A stretch of 64,000 nucleotides of DNA, from sequence record MN850576.1, one strand, 5' to 3'. Below, in pieces: positions 43,751 to 53,179 of the stretch. The notes beneath the pieces were generated by a model, which was not told where the DNA came from, did no database searches, and saw only the letters and a program-made list of their open reading frames with translations. Position numbers and translations under genes: made by a program. The stretch is from Escherichia phage ime. Numbering within the stretch: position 1 is the first letter of the stretch; each line of letters begins with the position of its first letter.

Positions 43751-44101
43751 ATGAAAGTAGAAATTACCGGTTTTGATGTGAATGTGGTTCCGGAAGATAT
43801 TTTAGCTAAACTTCCAGAAGGTTTTGGTAACGGCGTTGTGGTGGATGCTGTTCCTCCTACCAAAGACATTCTGCTGCAGTATGGTGTAGCAGAGGAAGAT
43901 GTCGATAAAGTTCTTACAATGATGGCAATCGATCGTGTTGTCGTTGTTAAAGGTCTCGATAATTTTGAGAGTGATCCCCTGATTATTCGTGGAGATGACT
44001 ACAAAATCATCGATAATGAAGGCCAAGAGTTCTATGAACCTTGTGCAGAAGATATTCTTAACTTATTACTGGAAGCAGGCACCGAAGAGGAGGACGAATA
44101 A
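43751..44101 (+). CDS. small acidic protein (family A-like)
   Basis: MKVEITG...VVVVKGLDNFESDP...; 116 aa. Confidence 0.4.
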   Translation: MKVEITGFDVNVVPEDILAKLPEGFGNGVVVDAVPPTKDILLQYGVAEEDVDKVLTMMAIDRVVVVKGLDNFESDPLIIRGDDYKIIDNEGQEFYEPCAEDILNLLLEAGTEEEDE

Positions 44102-44430
44102 TGAAGATTGACCCGTTACTGAAGGCTCGTGCAGAAAAAGCGTACACTATTAAGCTGACTAATCTGGTTCCTACTTGTCATCCGGATGTAGGTTGGCCCG
44201 AAGGTCTGGTAGAGGGAACTGTAACAGCTGCATACCTTCCTAACATCAAGTACCTTATGGAGATCTTAGAGATGGATGAGGAAACTGCAGAACAGTTCCA
44301 GTTAGATATGAAACAGAGTGGGACTCTGGTTATTCACGGGTGGTATAATACTAAAGATGCAGAAGACCCTCTGGTAACTTCTAATCTGGCATATGAAATC
44401 TTAGGGCCTTTGAACCTGGAGGAAGACTAA
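44101..44430 (+). CDS. hypothetical acidic protein
   Basis: 109-aa coupled ORF. Confidence 0.4.
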   Translation: MKIDPLLKARAEKAYTIKLTNLVPTCHPDVGWPEGLVEGTVTAAYLPNIKYLMEILEMDEETAEQFQLDMKQSGTLVIHGWYNTKDAEDPLVTSNLAYEILGPLNLEED

Positions 44431-44717
44431 TGAAAGATCTGGTTAAGATTAAGATTAAAGATACCAATGGAGAACTCAGCCATTTTGGAATTAATGATGG
44501 TGACGAGCTGATCGCACACCTGCCTACTAAGGAGGTTGTAAGCAAAGCAGTTGCCGGAGAAGAAGCTGCAATGCAGGCTGCAGGTGTGGATGAAAACTAT
44601 GTAGCTATGTGCATGTGCCGAGATCAGGTTGTTCTGTATAAAGCGTATCGACCAAACGGAGCCACGGAGTGGCTTGTATTCCGACCCGAAGGATATGAAA
44701 TCTTAGAGGCACTATGA
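44430..44717 (+). CDS. hypothetical protein
   Basis: 95-aa coupled ORF. Confidence 0.4.
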   Translation: MKDLVKIKIKDTNGELSHFGINDGDELIAHLPTKEVVSKAVAGEEAAMQAAGVDENYVAMCMCRDQVVLYKAYRPNGATEWLVFRPEGYEILEAL

Positions 44718-44806
44718 TAAATCTTGCCAAGGTTGCAACGGCACTGTTAATTATTTGCTGGTCTGTAACCTTAACACTGTGTCTTGTATTTCAGTGAGGT
44801 GCTTGT

Positions 44807-45070
44807 ATGAACATCCTGATGTGGGTTATAGCAGTGGCGTTTGTTGCATGTTTTTGCTGCTGGGTTGCGGTGAGGATTTCTGTAGCTACCCTTCGGAAGT
44901 TGGGGTTCTCAGAATGGGATATTAATATCCTTTCTTTTCGCAATGAAACAATCTCAGCCGCCCTGCTTTGTAAGAAATTCAAGTGGGAACCTTGTGAGGT
45001 CATGAGCTATCTAAGAACAGGCGATATCCCTGAAAGATTTAAAAAAGTTCTTGACGGCAAGGATAAATGA
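44807..45070 (+). CDS. membrane protein (N-terminal TM helix)
   Basis: N-terminal ILMWVIAVAFVACFCCWVAV. Confidence 0.4.
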   Translation: MNILMWVIAVAFVACFCCWVAVRISVATLRKLGFSEWDINILSFRNETISAALLCKKFKWEPCEVMSYLRTGDIPERFKKVLDGKDK

Positions 45071-45225
45071 CAGTATAGTGACTAACAAGAGGTGAGGAGT
45101 GACTGATTTTACTGAAGCTTTAATGATGGCCTTGTCTGTTTTAGCGCTATCGGTGTGTTTTGGGGCGTTATTCACATCTCTGGTTAAAGTTTTACATACA
45201 GTATTATTACCCAAGGAGCGCAGTA

Positions 45226-45477
45226 ATGACGAAGATTGACTTGAATGCTGGCGACCATGTTGTTGTCAAATGCATCGGAGATTATCTTGGATTCACAATC
45301 GGTAATACTTACGAGGCGGTAGTGGCGAAGGTTTATCATGATAAAGTCCTCAGTCTTGTATTTGACTGCGATGATGATGGAGATGACCGATACGTCTGTG
45401 AGGTGCTGGCACGAGACGACAGTGAAGACCAGAAATTCTTGGTTATTGAACTGAACGGTATTTTTGTAGAACGTTAA
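45226..45477 (+). CDS. hypothetical protein
   Basis: Met 45226 after AAGGAG; ORF-track start 45160 trimmed. Confidence 0.4.
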   Translation: MTKIDLNAGDHVVVKCIGDYLGFTIGNTYEAVVAKVYHDKVLSLVFDCDDDGDDRYVCEVLARDDSEDQKFLVIELNGIFVER

Positions 45478-45505
45478 TTTAAAACAACATAAGGGGACTC
45501 TTACT

Positions 45506-45811
45506 ATGGCTAAATCTAAAGTTGAACTGTTCACCTCTCTTCCTTCTGACACTGCAGAGCGTGATCGCCTTCGCAAGACAATCGAAGAACTGGTGGAACT
45601 CCAACTTCAGATTAAAGATCTGAAAGATGCCATTAAGGATATCATTCTCGTTGAGAAGCAGGATCACCTGTATTCTCCTAAATTCATCAAATCTCTGGTG
45701 GCTACCGAGTTCGATATTCGCTATGAGGCTGAAAAACGTCGAGCTAAAATCGAAGAAGAGGTTGAGCACATGTCCGAGGCAGACATTCTGTTCAAACGCT
45801 CTGTAGAATAA
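45506..45811 (+). CDS. hypothetical coiled-coil protein
   Basis: ATG after AAGGGGA; heptad-like charged sequence. Confidence 0.45.
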   Translation: MAKSKVELFTSLPSDTAERDRLRKTIEELVELQLQIKDLKDAIKDIILVEKQDHLYSPKFIKSLVATEFDIRYEAEKRRAKIEEEVEHMSEADILFKRSVE

Positions 45812-45819
45812 TGACAAAA

Positions 45820-45843
45820 AGAGGGGCCCAAGCCCCTCTTTTT
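45820..45843 (+). terminator. rho-independent terminator
   Basis: AGAGGGGC-CCAA-GCCCCTCT hairpin followed by TTTTT. Confidence 0.65.
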
Positions 45844-45866
45844 ACTATCTATGAAGGAGATTTGAG

Positions 45867-46199
45867 ATGGGTATACCGATCACTGTAAAAGAATTGAATG
45901 AACGTGATGCAGGTGGTCTATGGCCTGCACGAAAAATACGCTGCATCCGTATGAAAGAGAACCTTGAGCATCTTGAGCAACAGAAACGGATTGAGGTTGG
46001 TGATATTTTCGAAGTATTTTATTCTGATCGCCGTAACTGGGAAACCATTCAACCTTCCGGTTTTGTTCTTGCTAAGCTTGACACTGGAGAAGTGATTGTT
46101 CCTGGGTTGGATATTGTCTTCGAAATTATCCAGGAGTGGGATCCGGACAAGATTAGATACGAAGAGCTATTCGGTGAAGGTATTATCAAACCTGTGTGA
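45867..46199 (+). CDS. hypothetical protein
   Basis: 110-aa ORF after AAGGAG. Confidence 0.45.
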   Translation: MGIPITVKELNERDAGGLWPARKIRCIRMKENLEHLEQQKRIEVGDIFEVFYSDRRNWETIQPSGFVLAKLDTGEVIVPGLDIVFEIIQEWDPDKIRYEELFGEGIIKPV

Positions 46200-46207
46200 G
46201 GTGGATT

Positions 46208-46507
46208 ATGTCTACAAAGGCGGCTAAATACTCCTACATGCCATCAACCTCTGCAGAGGTAGACTTTAGTTTCGATGTGTTTCCACTGTTTGAGGTGGTT
46301 CTGGCATACCCAACAATACTATCTACTCCTGAATCACTTGTGCCTGTTAAGTTGCAGAACGCTATGCATTCCATGCACTACAACAACAAATGTAGGCACA
46401 GATGGTGTCAGGACGAGGAAAAAGATTTGGATAGTTTGAGAGATTTTGACAGTCACCTTTTGACACCTTTCAGCTACTCCAACCTTGATAAGCCCTCGTG
46501 GGTATAG
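46208..46507 (+). CDS. hypothetical protein
   Basis: Met 46208 after GAGGTGG. Confidence 0.4.
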   Translation: MSTKAAKYSYMPSTSAEVDFSFDVFPLFEVVLAYPTILSTPESLVPVKLQNAMHSMHYNNKCRHRWCQDEEKDLDSLRDFDSHLLTPFSYSNLDKPSWV

Positions 46508-46531
46508 CAAAATATCAAATTTAAGACACCT

Positions 46532-46558
46532 AGGACGCTCTGTGGCGTCCTTTTCTTT
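46532..46558 (+). terminator. rho-independent terminator
   Basis: AGGACGC-TCTGTG-GCGTCC(T) hairpin followed by TTTTCTTT. Confidence 0.6.
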
Positions 46559-46720
46559 ATCTGGTGCACGATTGCATACCTTGGGCAGTTAATCTCATTA
46601 CAGAGCGTTTAAGAGCTCCCTACAAACAACTCCATATTTCGAGCGTAGCGAGAACGCACGTCCGTTTTGACCCAAATCACCATACGCTCGGATTTTAACC
46701 AAACCCTCGCGGCGTTTCTG

Positions 46721-46749
46721 TTGACACATTACCGATCCAGTGATAGTAT
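46721..46749 (+). promoter_or_regulatory. sigma70-like promoter (TTGACA-N17-TAGTAT)
   Basis: -35 46721-46726, -10 46744-46749. Confidence 0.5.
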
Positions 46750-46781
46750 CCACACATAGTTTGTAGAATATGGAGTACACA

Positions 46782-46871
46782 ATGAGAACATTGTCCGAAG
46801 TTTTAGTGGTGATCCTGATGATCATTACGTCCATAGCGGCTGTTGCCGGAATACTCACGGGTGGAACATGA
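46782..46871 (+). CDS. hydrophobic micro-peptide, 29 aa
   Basis: ATG 46782 after GGAG; MRTLSEVLVVILMIITSIAAVAGILTGGT; ATGA-coupled to next ORF. Confidence 0.35.
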   Translation: MRTLSEVLVVILMIITSIAAVAGILTGGT

Positions 46872-47080
46872 TAAACACACATGCATCTGAAGAGACATCC
46901 AAAGGAGTGACTATATGTCCCTTGGCTGAGCCAGTGAAAGAGGAAAACTTAGATTCTGAAGATTCTCCATCTTCGCTCCAGGTAGATCCTGAGGCTGATG
47001 ACCTAACGTGGGAAGACATCGTAGATATCTGGTTCTCTATTATGCCTGAGCACGAAGAGTTCAGGGGTGGTAGACTATGA
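46868..47080 (+). CDS. hypothetical acidic protein
   Basis: 70-aa ORF. Confidence 0.4.
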   Translation: MINTHASEETSKGVTICPLAEPVKEENLDSEDSPSSLQVDPEADDLTWEDIVDIWFSIMPEHEEFRGGRL

Positions 47081-47201
47081 AGCACCGAGCCCACACAGGT
47101 TCCTCATGCTAAAGCATGGCCTGAAGAGGCAAACGTGCATAATTCCTGTGCATCGGAACGTATAAAACCCTGTTCACACTCTCATTTCCAGAGGAGATTT
47201 C

Positions 47202-47417
47202 ATGAAGATAGAAATATTTGGTGGAGCTGACAACACTCGTGGCCTGATTTACCTTGAATTCGATGAATCATACCTGCCAGAGGTGTTAAATATGGACTCT
47301 GTTGCTGATGCTTTGGGAGTAAGTCCTAAAGATCTCTACTCTGGTGCTGAGATTGATGGTTGGGAGGAGACCATGAACATTGATTTCAGTGAAGTAGGTG
47401 ATGAACCACTGGACTGA
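47202..47417 (+). CDS. small acidic protein (family A-like N-terminus MKIEIFGG)
   Basis: 71-aa ORF after GGAGA. Confidence 0.4.
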   Translation: MKIEIFGGADNTRGLIYLEFDESYLPEVLNMDSVADALGVSPKDLYSGAEIDGWEETMNIDFSEVGDEPLD

Positions 47418-47546
47418 CACACAATTAGCTGCCAGGCTAAAGTGCTGGAAGCGCACCTATAACACATCTTTCAACTAAATTTCCTACCACCACAATCACT
47501 TACCTCCCACACATGACTGTTTGCTTGTTTAGTGAGCAGTCATGCC

Positions 47547-47574
47547 TTGACATTCTTGCCTATCCTGATAAAAT
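47547..47574 (+). promoter_or_regulatory. sigma70-like promoter (TTGACA-N16-TAAAAT) facing an ORF-free region
   Basis: -35 47547-47552, -10 47569-47574; no ORF of 60 aa or more downstream on plus strand for over 2 kb. Confidence 0.45.
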
Positions 47575-47579
47575 TAAGT

Positions 47580-47860
47580 TCTTCTCTTTTCTTTTACCGA
47601 GTAATTCGGGTTTTCTGTTCTCTTCGGTTTGAAGGGGTATGGAGATACACCTGAGTGAACAGGGTGAACAACCGAACCATTGGCTATGGCATTAGCATGG
47701 CGAAGCGGACGGGTGACGAAAGAGGGGCCGGAGGACACCAGTCACTGCCATATGGTATATGGGTGATAACCTGAAGAGTCTGAATAAGTGTTTAAGTACC
47801 AGTCAGAGGAAAAGGTGAATGGTAGCCGAAGGGGGAGGGGGGTTTCTTGTATCTTTAATT
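47580..47860 (+). ncRNA. candidate non-coding transcript (unclassified)
   Basis: Promoter-proximal ORF-free stretch with locally elevated GC and G-rich tract (GAAGGGGGAGGGGGG) followed by TTTCTTGTATCTTT. Confidence 0.2.
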
Positions 47861-48912
47861 TGTATATTATGTATACACTTGTAAACCAATCTCATCTGAA
47901 TCTGTTTACCACACAAAGCGGATAGAGACAAATATCACCTATTAAACTTGAATTATTTATAGAAAATACCACAACACCACTTAAGTCTTTGATTTTACAC
48001 ACAAATCCTACAGATATTCAACCTCCATATTTAACATACTTGTAACATATTCCATACTCTACCTGTCTGATCAATCTACCCAACCACATCCTTCATATTT
48101 TCCCTGTCTGTACCACCCCTGCCCCGCCGGGAGTCCCGTCATATCTGGCTTTCCAGTAAATAGCACACCCACAAATATCATTGCCTGAAGAGGGTTTCAT
48201 CCCATAATACATGCCTTACCTGAAGAGCGCTTCATACACCACGTAAATTTTTTAATTGACCTGCAATTTTCCCGTCATGACCCCCCCCCTGCCCCGCCGG
48301 AGAGGTTGGCTTTTCCCACACAGACCTGAAGAGTCAGCCAGAAATATCTGAACAGGTCCAGTTCTGCCTTGTCATGAGCCGTAGCGACTGGAGTGCTGCC
48401 AGGCGGACGGAATGGGAATACTTCTCATTCTTATAATAATTCTCAAATATCGAGGCAGTGAGGCAAATTAATAGGTGAGGCCGTTCACACAGTGGCACAA
48501 CATTTGCAATCTATTTTGTGAGGGTGAATGAGAATACCTATCATTGTGAGAACCTTTATCATTACGGGCAATTTAACATAATACCCATTATGCGCACCAC
48601 TGGCGATACATACAGGGATTGATACCATGAGTTACAGTTTACGCATATAACAATCATATTTCTTACTATTTGTGTGGGATATAGTTAGCAACCAATAGAT
48701 TAGATATTGACCTACAGACTTCCAACCGTCTAGACGTCTAAACGCCCACACACCAAGGGTTATACATACATTACTGAATGTAAACAGGGCCGCAAAAATG
48801 CTACCATACCAGTTTGTAAATTTTTCATGCAGCACTTGACAAAGAGGAGAAAAACTTGTCTGACATAATGTGACCTAACTGACACAACATGACACTTTTA
48901 CACACCTATTAG

Positions 48913-48984
48913 TTTACACACTGGATTGTTTACATTCCTGATTGTTCACATGCTAACCATTTACATGATTGACTGTTTACACAC
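48913..48984. repeat. iteron-like direct repeats (five TTTACA/TTCACA copies, loosely DnaA-box-like)
   Basis: GTTTACACA 48913-48921, TGTTTACAT 48927-48935, TTGTTCACA 48942-48950, ATTTACAT 48959-48966, TGTTTACACA 48975-48984; further copies near 49395-49455. Confidence 0.55.
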
Positions 48985-48993
48985 CGATAATCA

Positions 48994-49251
48994 GCCATGC
49001 CATTCGTTTGCATGACAATAATTATACATGACAATAATCGCACTGATTATAATTAGCATGACATAATATAAAAGCAGGGCAACTATTAGCAGATCTATAG
49101 TTGCCTTGCTTGTTATGTCATGATTAACTAAATACAAGGCAACTATGATCTGATTAATAGTTTGCAGACAAACTATCACGGGGGTGATGGTTACTGCTTT
49201 TATATTATGTCGCGACTCCGTCGCGCCATGCCATTCGTTTGCATAGTTGCC
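48994..49251. repeat. composite repeat: 20-bp direct repeat, 18-20 bp inverted repeat, four GGCAACTAT/ATAGTTGCC copies
   Basis: GCCATGCCATTCGTTTGCAT at 48994-49013 and 49225-49244; ATGACATAATATAAAAGCAG 49058-49077 vs its reverse complement 49194-49211; GGCAACTAT at 49078, 49138 and ATAGTTGCC at 49097, 49243. Confidence 0.7.
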
Positions 49252-49861
49252 TTATTGTTACAGATAAAATAATTGTATTGTTAATTATTTCTTATCTTTC
49301 TATTAGTCATCTAATGATTTCAGTTAATATAGTAACGTACAGTAAACATTAGACGACTAAAGATTTCTCTGCTTATGGTAACCTAACGTGACAATTCCAG
49401 ACTGTTTACGAAAAATGTTGACACCTGGGCCGATTTATGTTATGCAGTTTACACGAATAATTATTTTATGCAGGTATTGACTATTCCGTTATTCTATGGT
49501 TGGAATAAATGCTTAGCAGGCTATAGAATGGCGAGCGTACGTAAATTCTGAGATCTGGCGGCTATAGTTATACTCGATTTTTCACGTAGAAAACGCTTTT
49601 GTAGCTATGTAAGTGTATGACTTATAAAGATTTTTAGTTGTTGACAAGATATTGGAGATGTGCATCAGATTAAATTTTGTGCAATAGCTACATTACGTGC
49701 ACTTTTGGAAGAAAAAACGTGTAAAAATGGCCCTGCTACCACACAATGAAAGATTATGCAATAGTTATTTTATATGTATATTTGTACAGTGTGTGGGATT
49801 AATGGCTAGTCAATTATTCCACTTGCCAGGTAGGGCCGTTTATGGTAGGAGAAGAGCAGAC

Positions 49862-49886
49862 AAAAAGAAAGGGGCCTTTAAGCCCC
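49862..49886 (-). terminator. rho-independent terminator (minus strand)
   Basis: On minus strand GGGGC...GCCCC hairpin followed by TTTCTTTTTG; downstream of gene 49907-50326. Confidence 0.55.
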
Positions 49887-49906
49887 TTGATAATTCAGTT
49901 AAGAAA

Positions 49907-50326
49907 TTATAATGATTCGTATATTTCAAAAATCCGATTTGCCAGGTCGTTACGGTAGCGGAATTTTTCATCACGCTTGATCATTAAATCCTTATAGCCG
50001 TACTCTTTAAGCACTTCATTAACTTTATGGCGGCATACCTGCATATTATCTTGAGCGTCACCAATAAACTTGTTGCTGTGGTGCATTGCTTTAATTTCTT
50101 CTTCCAGGACCAGGGCAACTACCCGGACCGGATCAAGCTGGTAGGCGGTAACATCCATGCGGCATTGTAGACGGCTTTTAACGTCTGCCACCGGATATAC
50201 TGCAACCTCTTCCCCGTCAACATTAACAATAACTAGTTTACCATCGATTTCGAATCCTTTCGCCGCCGGACCGTGACAAAAAGCGTTATCAAAGCTATAT
50301 GCCGGATTATCAGATTTAATGTTCAT
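49907..50326 (-). CDS. hypothetical protein
   Basis: 139-aa ORF; minus-strand promoter TTGACA-N17-TATATT and SD AAGAGG upstream. Confidence 0.5.
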   Translation of the reverse strand: MNIKSDNPAYSFDNAFCHGPAAKGFEIDGKLVIVNVDGEEVAVYPVADVKSRLQCRMDVTAYQLDPVRVVALVLEEEIKAMHHSNKFIGDAQDNMQVCRHKVNEVLKEYGYKDLMIKRDEKFRYRNDLANRIFEIYESL

Positions 50327-50469
50327 GGTGTTTTTACCTCTTAGTTAATTTTCTTACAACTTCCCTTCAAAAAGAATATAGCAAAACTGCCGATCCCTGT
50401 CAACCAAGGATAGCATAATTTTTATGTGATCAAGGGGCTTTATTGCCCCTGACCATGTAACTTGTTGTA

Positions 50470-50733
50470 TTATTTGTTGCTCATCCAGTTTTCCCAAGCT
50501 GCCTGATAATCTGCCTCACTACGGCGGATCTCTTCTTGTTCTTCACGCCGGATCTCTTCTTCCAGGTACCCCAGTATATCGGCTTTTTTGGTCTGGCGTA
50601 ACATCCAATCATCTTTTTTACGAGTAAAGATCTTATAAGCTTTCTCGCAAACCTCTTTTTTGCTACCTTTCTGGACTTCAAGAATTCTGTAGGCCATGTA
50701 CTGAACTAATTTAAGCTGATCCAGACGTTTCAT
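50470..50733 (-). CDS. hypothetical protein
   Basis: 87-aa ORF in leftward block. Confidence 0.4.
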   Translation of the reverse strand: MKRLDQLKLVQYMAYRILEVQKGSKKEVCEKAYKIFTRKKDDWMLRQTKKADILGYLEEEIRREEQEEIRRSEADYQAAWENWMSNK

Positions 50734-50810
50734 GATGTTTCCTCTTTATGTGGTTCGTTTTGATTAGTTGATAATACAGCAGTTCGCAGATCAGTCTTTA
50801 GCAATTCATG

Positions 50811-51029
50811 CTATTTACTCACAACGGTGTCGAAAACAAATTTTTCTTTATTGTCTAAACTCACGTATCCGATTCGACCACGCAAGCCGCAAGTAGTGCC
50901 GTACTCGTAACCATTAAGGCCTTTAACCTTCCAATCCGTACCCATTAAAACCGCATTATATTCCTGACCAACTACAAAAGCGCCCCCAGTCGATTCAATG
51001 CAAACAACTTTAATTTTACGGGTTGTCAT
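50811..51029 (-). CDS. hypothetical protein
   Basis: 72-aa ORF. Confidence 0.4.
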   Translation of the reverse strand: MTTRKIKVVCIESTGGAFVVGQEYNAVLMGTDWKVKGLNGYEYGTTCGLRGRIGYVSLDNKEKFVFDTVVSK

Positions 51030-51089
51030 TTTCTTTCTCTCTTTGTGTGGTTCTGATTAGTGGACCTTTTGGCCCGTGTCATTATCTTA

Positions 51090-51362
51090 TTACTTGCGGC
51101 GGCAGAATTCAAGCGTTTTTAATTGATAATCTTCCTCAGCCTGGAGTACTACCGCCTCGATCATTTCGTTGGCATTGTTAAAGCCATAACCTTTAGCGAA
51201 CTCATCCGCGCCACCTTCGTGATCATGTTCTGCGTTCATCGCTTCCACAAAATGGAATTCCAAATTGTTGAGGTAGGGGCTTGATGTGCCGTCTTCTTTT
51301 TCGATGAGATCCCAAATAGCATTAAAACGTGATTCGACTTCTTGATTAATCCAGCTTGACAT
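51090..51362 (-). CDS. hypothetical acidic protein
   Basis: 90-aa ORF; SD GGAGAGAGG; GC hairpin in leader. Confidence 0.45.
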   Translation of the reverse strand: MSSWINQEVESRFNAIWDLIEKEDGTSSPYLNNLEFHFVEAMNAEHDHEGGADEFAKGYGFNNANEMIEAVVLQAEEDYQLKTLEFCRRK

Positions 51363-51573
51363 AGTGTTTTCCTCTCTCCTGGTTATTGTGTGGGCACTTT
51401 TGCCCCTTCAAGATAAATGTTACCCCACCCCATGGCAGATGTCAACGGTTTTTATAGTTCTTATATGACAGGCAGGCCCGGTGATTGTCTCCACCCGTCG
51501 CCAGGTGCCTGCCGTGAAACAAGTATAACAAAAAACAGGACCATTGCAAGCCCTGTTTTGTAGTTTATAAGGA

Positions 51574-51765
51574 TTATATTTTTTCGCCTATGTAGTCCGG
51601 TCGGTTTTTCTCTGTCATGCGCTTGAGCAATTCTTGCATGTTGCTTATGGCTTGCAGTGTATCCCCTTCCAGACTTGAATCAACATAATCAGGATCGTCT
51701 ATAACCTTTCTATGATTATGATAACGCAGTACCGCCAATACCTTTCTAACTTGTTCGATATTCAT
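51574..51765 (-). CDS. hypothetical protein
   Basis: 63-aa ORF. Confidence 0.35.
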   Translation of the reverse strand: MNIEQVRKVLAVLRYHNHRKVIDDPDYVDSSLEGDTLQAISNMQELLKRMTEKNRPDYIGEKI

Positions 51766-51914
51766 TTTTATCGCTCTTTAAAACAAGGTGCCAACCGTTC
51801 CCAATAGATCACTGACTACCAGGACAATACTGATCAGCACATACCTAACCATAAGGGGAAAGAGCGCCAGCGATCCAGCCACAATCCCCAAGGTGATGAT
51901 TATCTTTCTCATGG

Positions 51915-52199
51915 TTAACGGTTTACGTAAGCTTTACCGTTTACGGTGATGGGCAGGTCTTCCAGGTCTGGATCTTCCTTAAGGTCGCGAGCAAGCTCAC
52001 CGCACCGGATACCCTCGAATCCGTAGTACTCTGTTGTGCCGTCATTAAAAGTTTTAGCGGCAAGGCATAAGCGATAAGTAACCCCGATTTGATTGACGGC
52101 ATGGATATCCGTTAGATTAACCTCTTTTGCCAGCTCTTTAGCCATTACAGGCGCATTAAGTCCAACAACCAGGGCAACTACTGCGATCATCTTTTTCAT
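51915..52199 (-). CDS. secreted/periplasmic protein (signal peptide)
   Basis: N-terminal MKKMIAVVALVVGLNAPVMA signal-like sequence. Confidence 0.45.
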   Translation of the reverse strand: MKKMIAVVALVVGLNAPVMAKELAKEVNLTDIHAVNQIGVTYRLCLAAKTFNDGTTEYYGFEGIRCGELARDLKEDPDLEDLPITVNGKAYVNR

Positions 52200-52290
52200 T
52201 GTGTCTAGCCTCTTTCTGCTACGTTTAAGGCGGCGGTAACCGCCTGTTTATGATTTATTGGTTAATTTTCAGGTATCGCTATAAATTAAA

Positions 52291-52515
52291 CTATGCTGTA
52301 CGCTCAACTATAACAACGGTTTGAGGGATCTCACCTTCTACCACTATCAAGGCCTTTTTCTGCGTGATGGATATCTTTACCCGTTGCAGCGTGGCGGTGA
52401 AGTCTTTCATTTCGTCACGTGGTGTTTTAGTGCAATGCCAGATCTCAGGCTTACCTATTTGCAAGCCGCGTAAAAATTCTGTTTTACCTGTCTTATTCGT
52501 GATCATTTGATTCAC
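52291..52515 (-). CDS. hypothetical protein
   Basis: 74-aa ORF. Confidence 0.35.
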   Translation of the reverse strand: MNQMITNKTGKTEFLRGLQIGKPEIWHCTKTPRDEMKDFTATLQRVKISITQKKALIVVEGEIPQTVVIVERTA

Positions 52516-52516
52516 C

Positions 52517-52621
52517 TTAACCGATACCGTGGGAAGATAGGATCATGTTAGCCATAGTTGCAACCACTCCAACCGATAATGCCAGGCCAACTACTACAAC
52601 CGTGAAAATTTTCTCTAACAT
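52517..52621 (-). CDS. hydrophobic micro-peptide, 34 aa
   Basis: ORF track 52517-52720 trimmed to Met at 52619-52621 preceded by GAGGGTAG; leader TTAATGAGGGTA shared with next small ORF. Confidence 0.3.
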   Translation of the reverse strand: MLEKIFTVVVVGLALSVGVVATMANMILSSHGIG

Positions 52622-52704
52622 GATTCTACCCTCATTAATGGGCGTTGCCTTATTGCCCCGCCCTACGAAATACAGTCTATCAAGTAATAAACTATTGTCA
52701 AGAT

Positions 52705-52842
52705 TTATTTTACTTCCCAAACGGAAAATTCACTACCTGGCGGAATCATCTTTTTAATCTTGTTTGCTGCTGCTACCAGATCCACGGCTTGTACTGTAAT
52801 AATATAACCAATTGTCGAGGCTGTTGCGTTGAAAGTTTTCAT
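52705..52842 (-). CDS. small protein, 45 aa
   Basis: Met at 52840-52842 preceded by GAGGGTAA and palindrome GGCGGGAA-N3-TTCCCGCG; below ORF-track cut-off. Confidence 0.3.
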   Translation of the reverse strand: MKTFNATASTIGYIITVQAVDLVAAANKIKKMIPPGSEFSVWEVK

Positions 52843-52860
52843 TAAATTACCCTCATTAAT

Positions 52861-52878
52861 GGCGGGAAGTATTCCCGC
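52861..52878 (-). promoter_or_regulatory. leader palindrome GGCGGGAA-N3-TTCCCGC (copy 1 of 3)
   Basis: Inverted repeat about 20 nt upstream of a minus-strand start codon; see copies at 56939 and 58828. Confidence 0.45.
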
Positions 52879-52926
52879 GCTATGTAGTACACTTTACCAG
52901 ATTGTTGACTGTTGTCAAACTATTTT

Positions 52927-53100
52927 AACGATAATCATCATATGCTTTATTGACCTGGCGAATATAACATTCAAAAGCTAAATCAATAGATTTATATTCA
53001 CGGATATATTCACCATAGGAAACCACATACATTTCTATAGCTTCCTCATATGCGAGGAGAATAGAATCTAAGCCTACGATCTCAGTCTTTGCAATAATAG
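52927..53100 (-). CDS. small protein, 57 aa
   Basis: Minus-strand ORF MAIIAKTEIVGLDS... with SD AAGAGGA; GC hairpin in leader; below ORF-track cut-off. Confidence 0.3.
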
Positions 53101-53179
53101 CCATGATTTTTATCCTCTTTGTGGTTGGTGGGGCTTGTTGCCCCCTTTGATTTATATTCTACAGTCTTATAAGGTCATG

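Noticed and set aside
49697-49912. Plus-strand 71-aa ORF
   Set aside because: It overlaps the minus-strand terminator hairpin, has no RBS and is antisense to the start of the leftward block.
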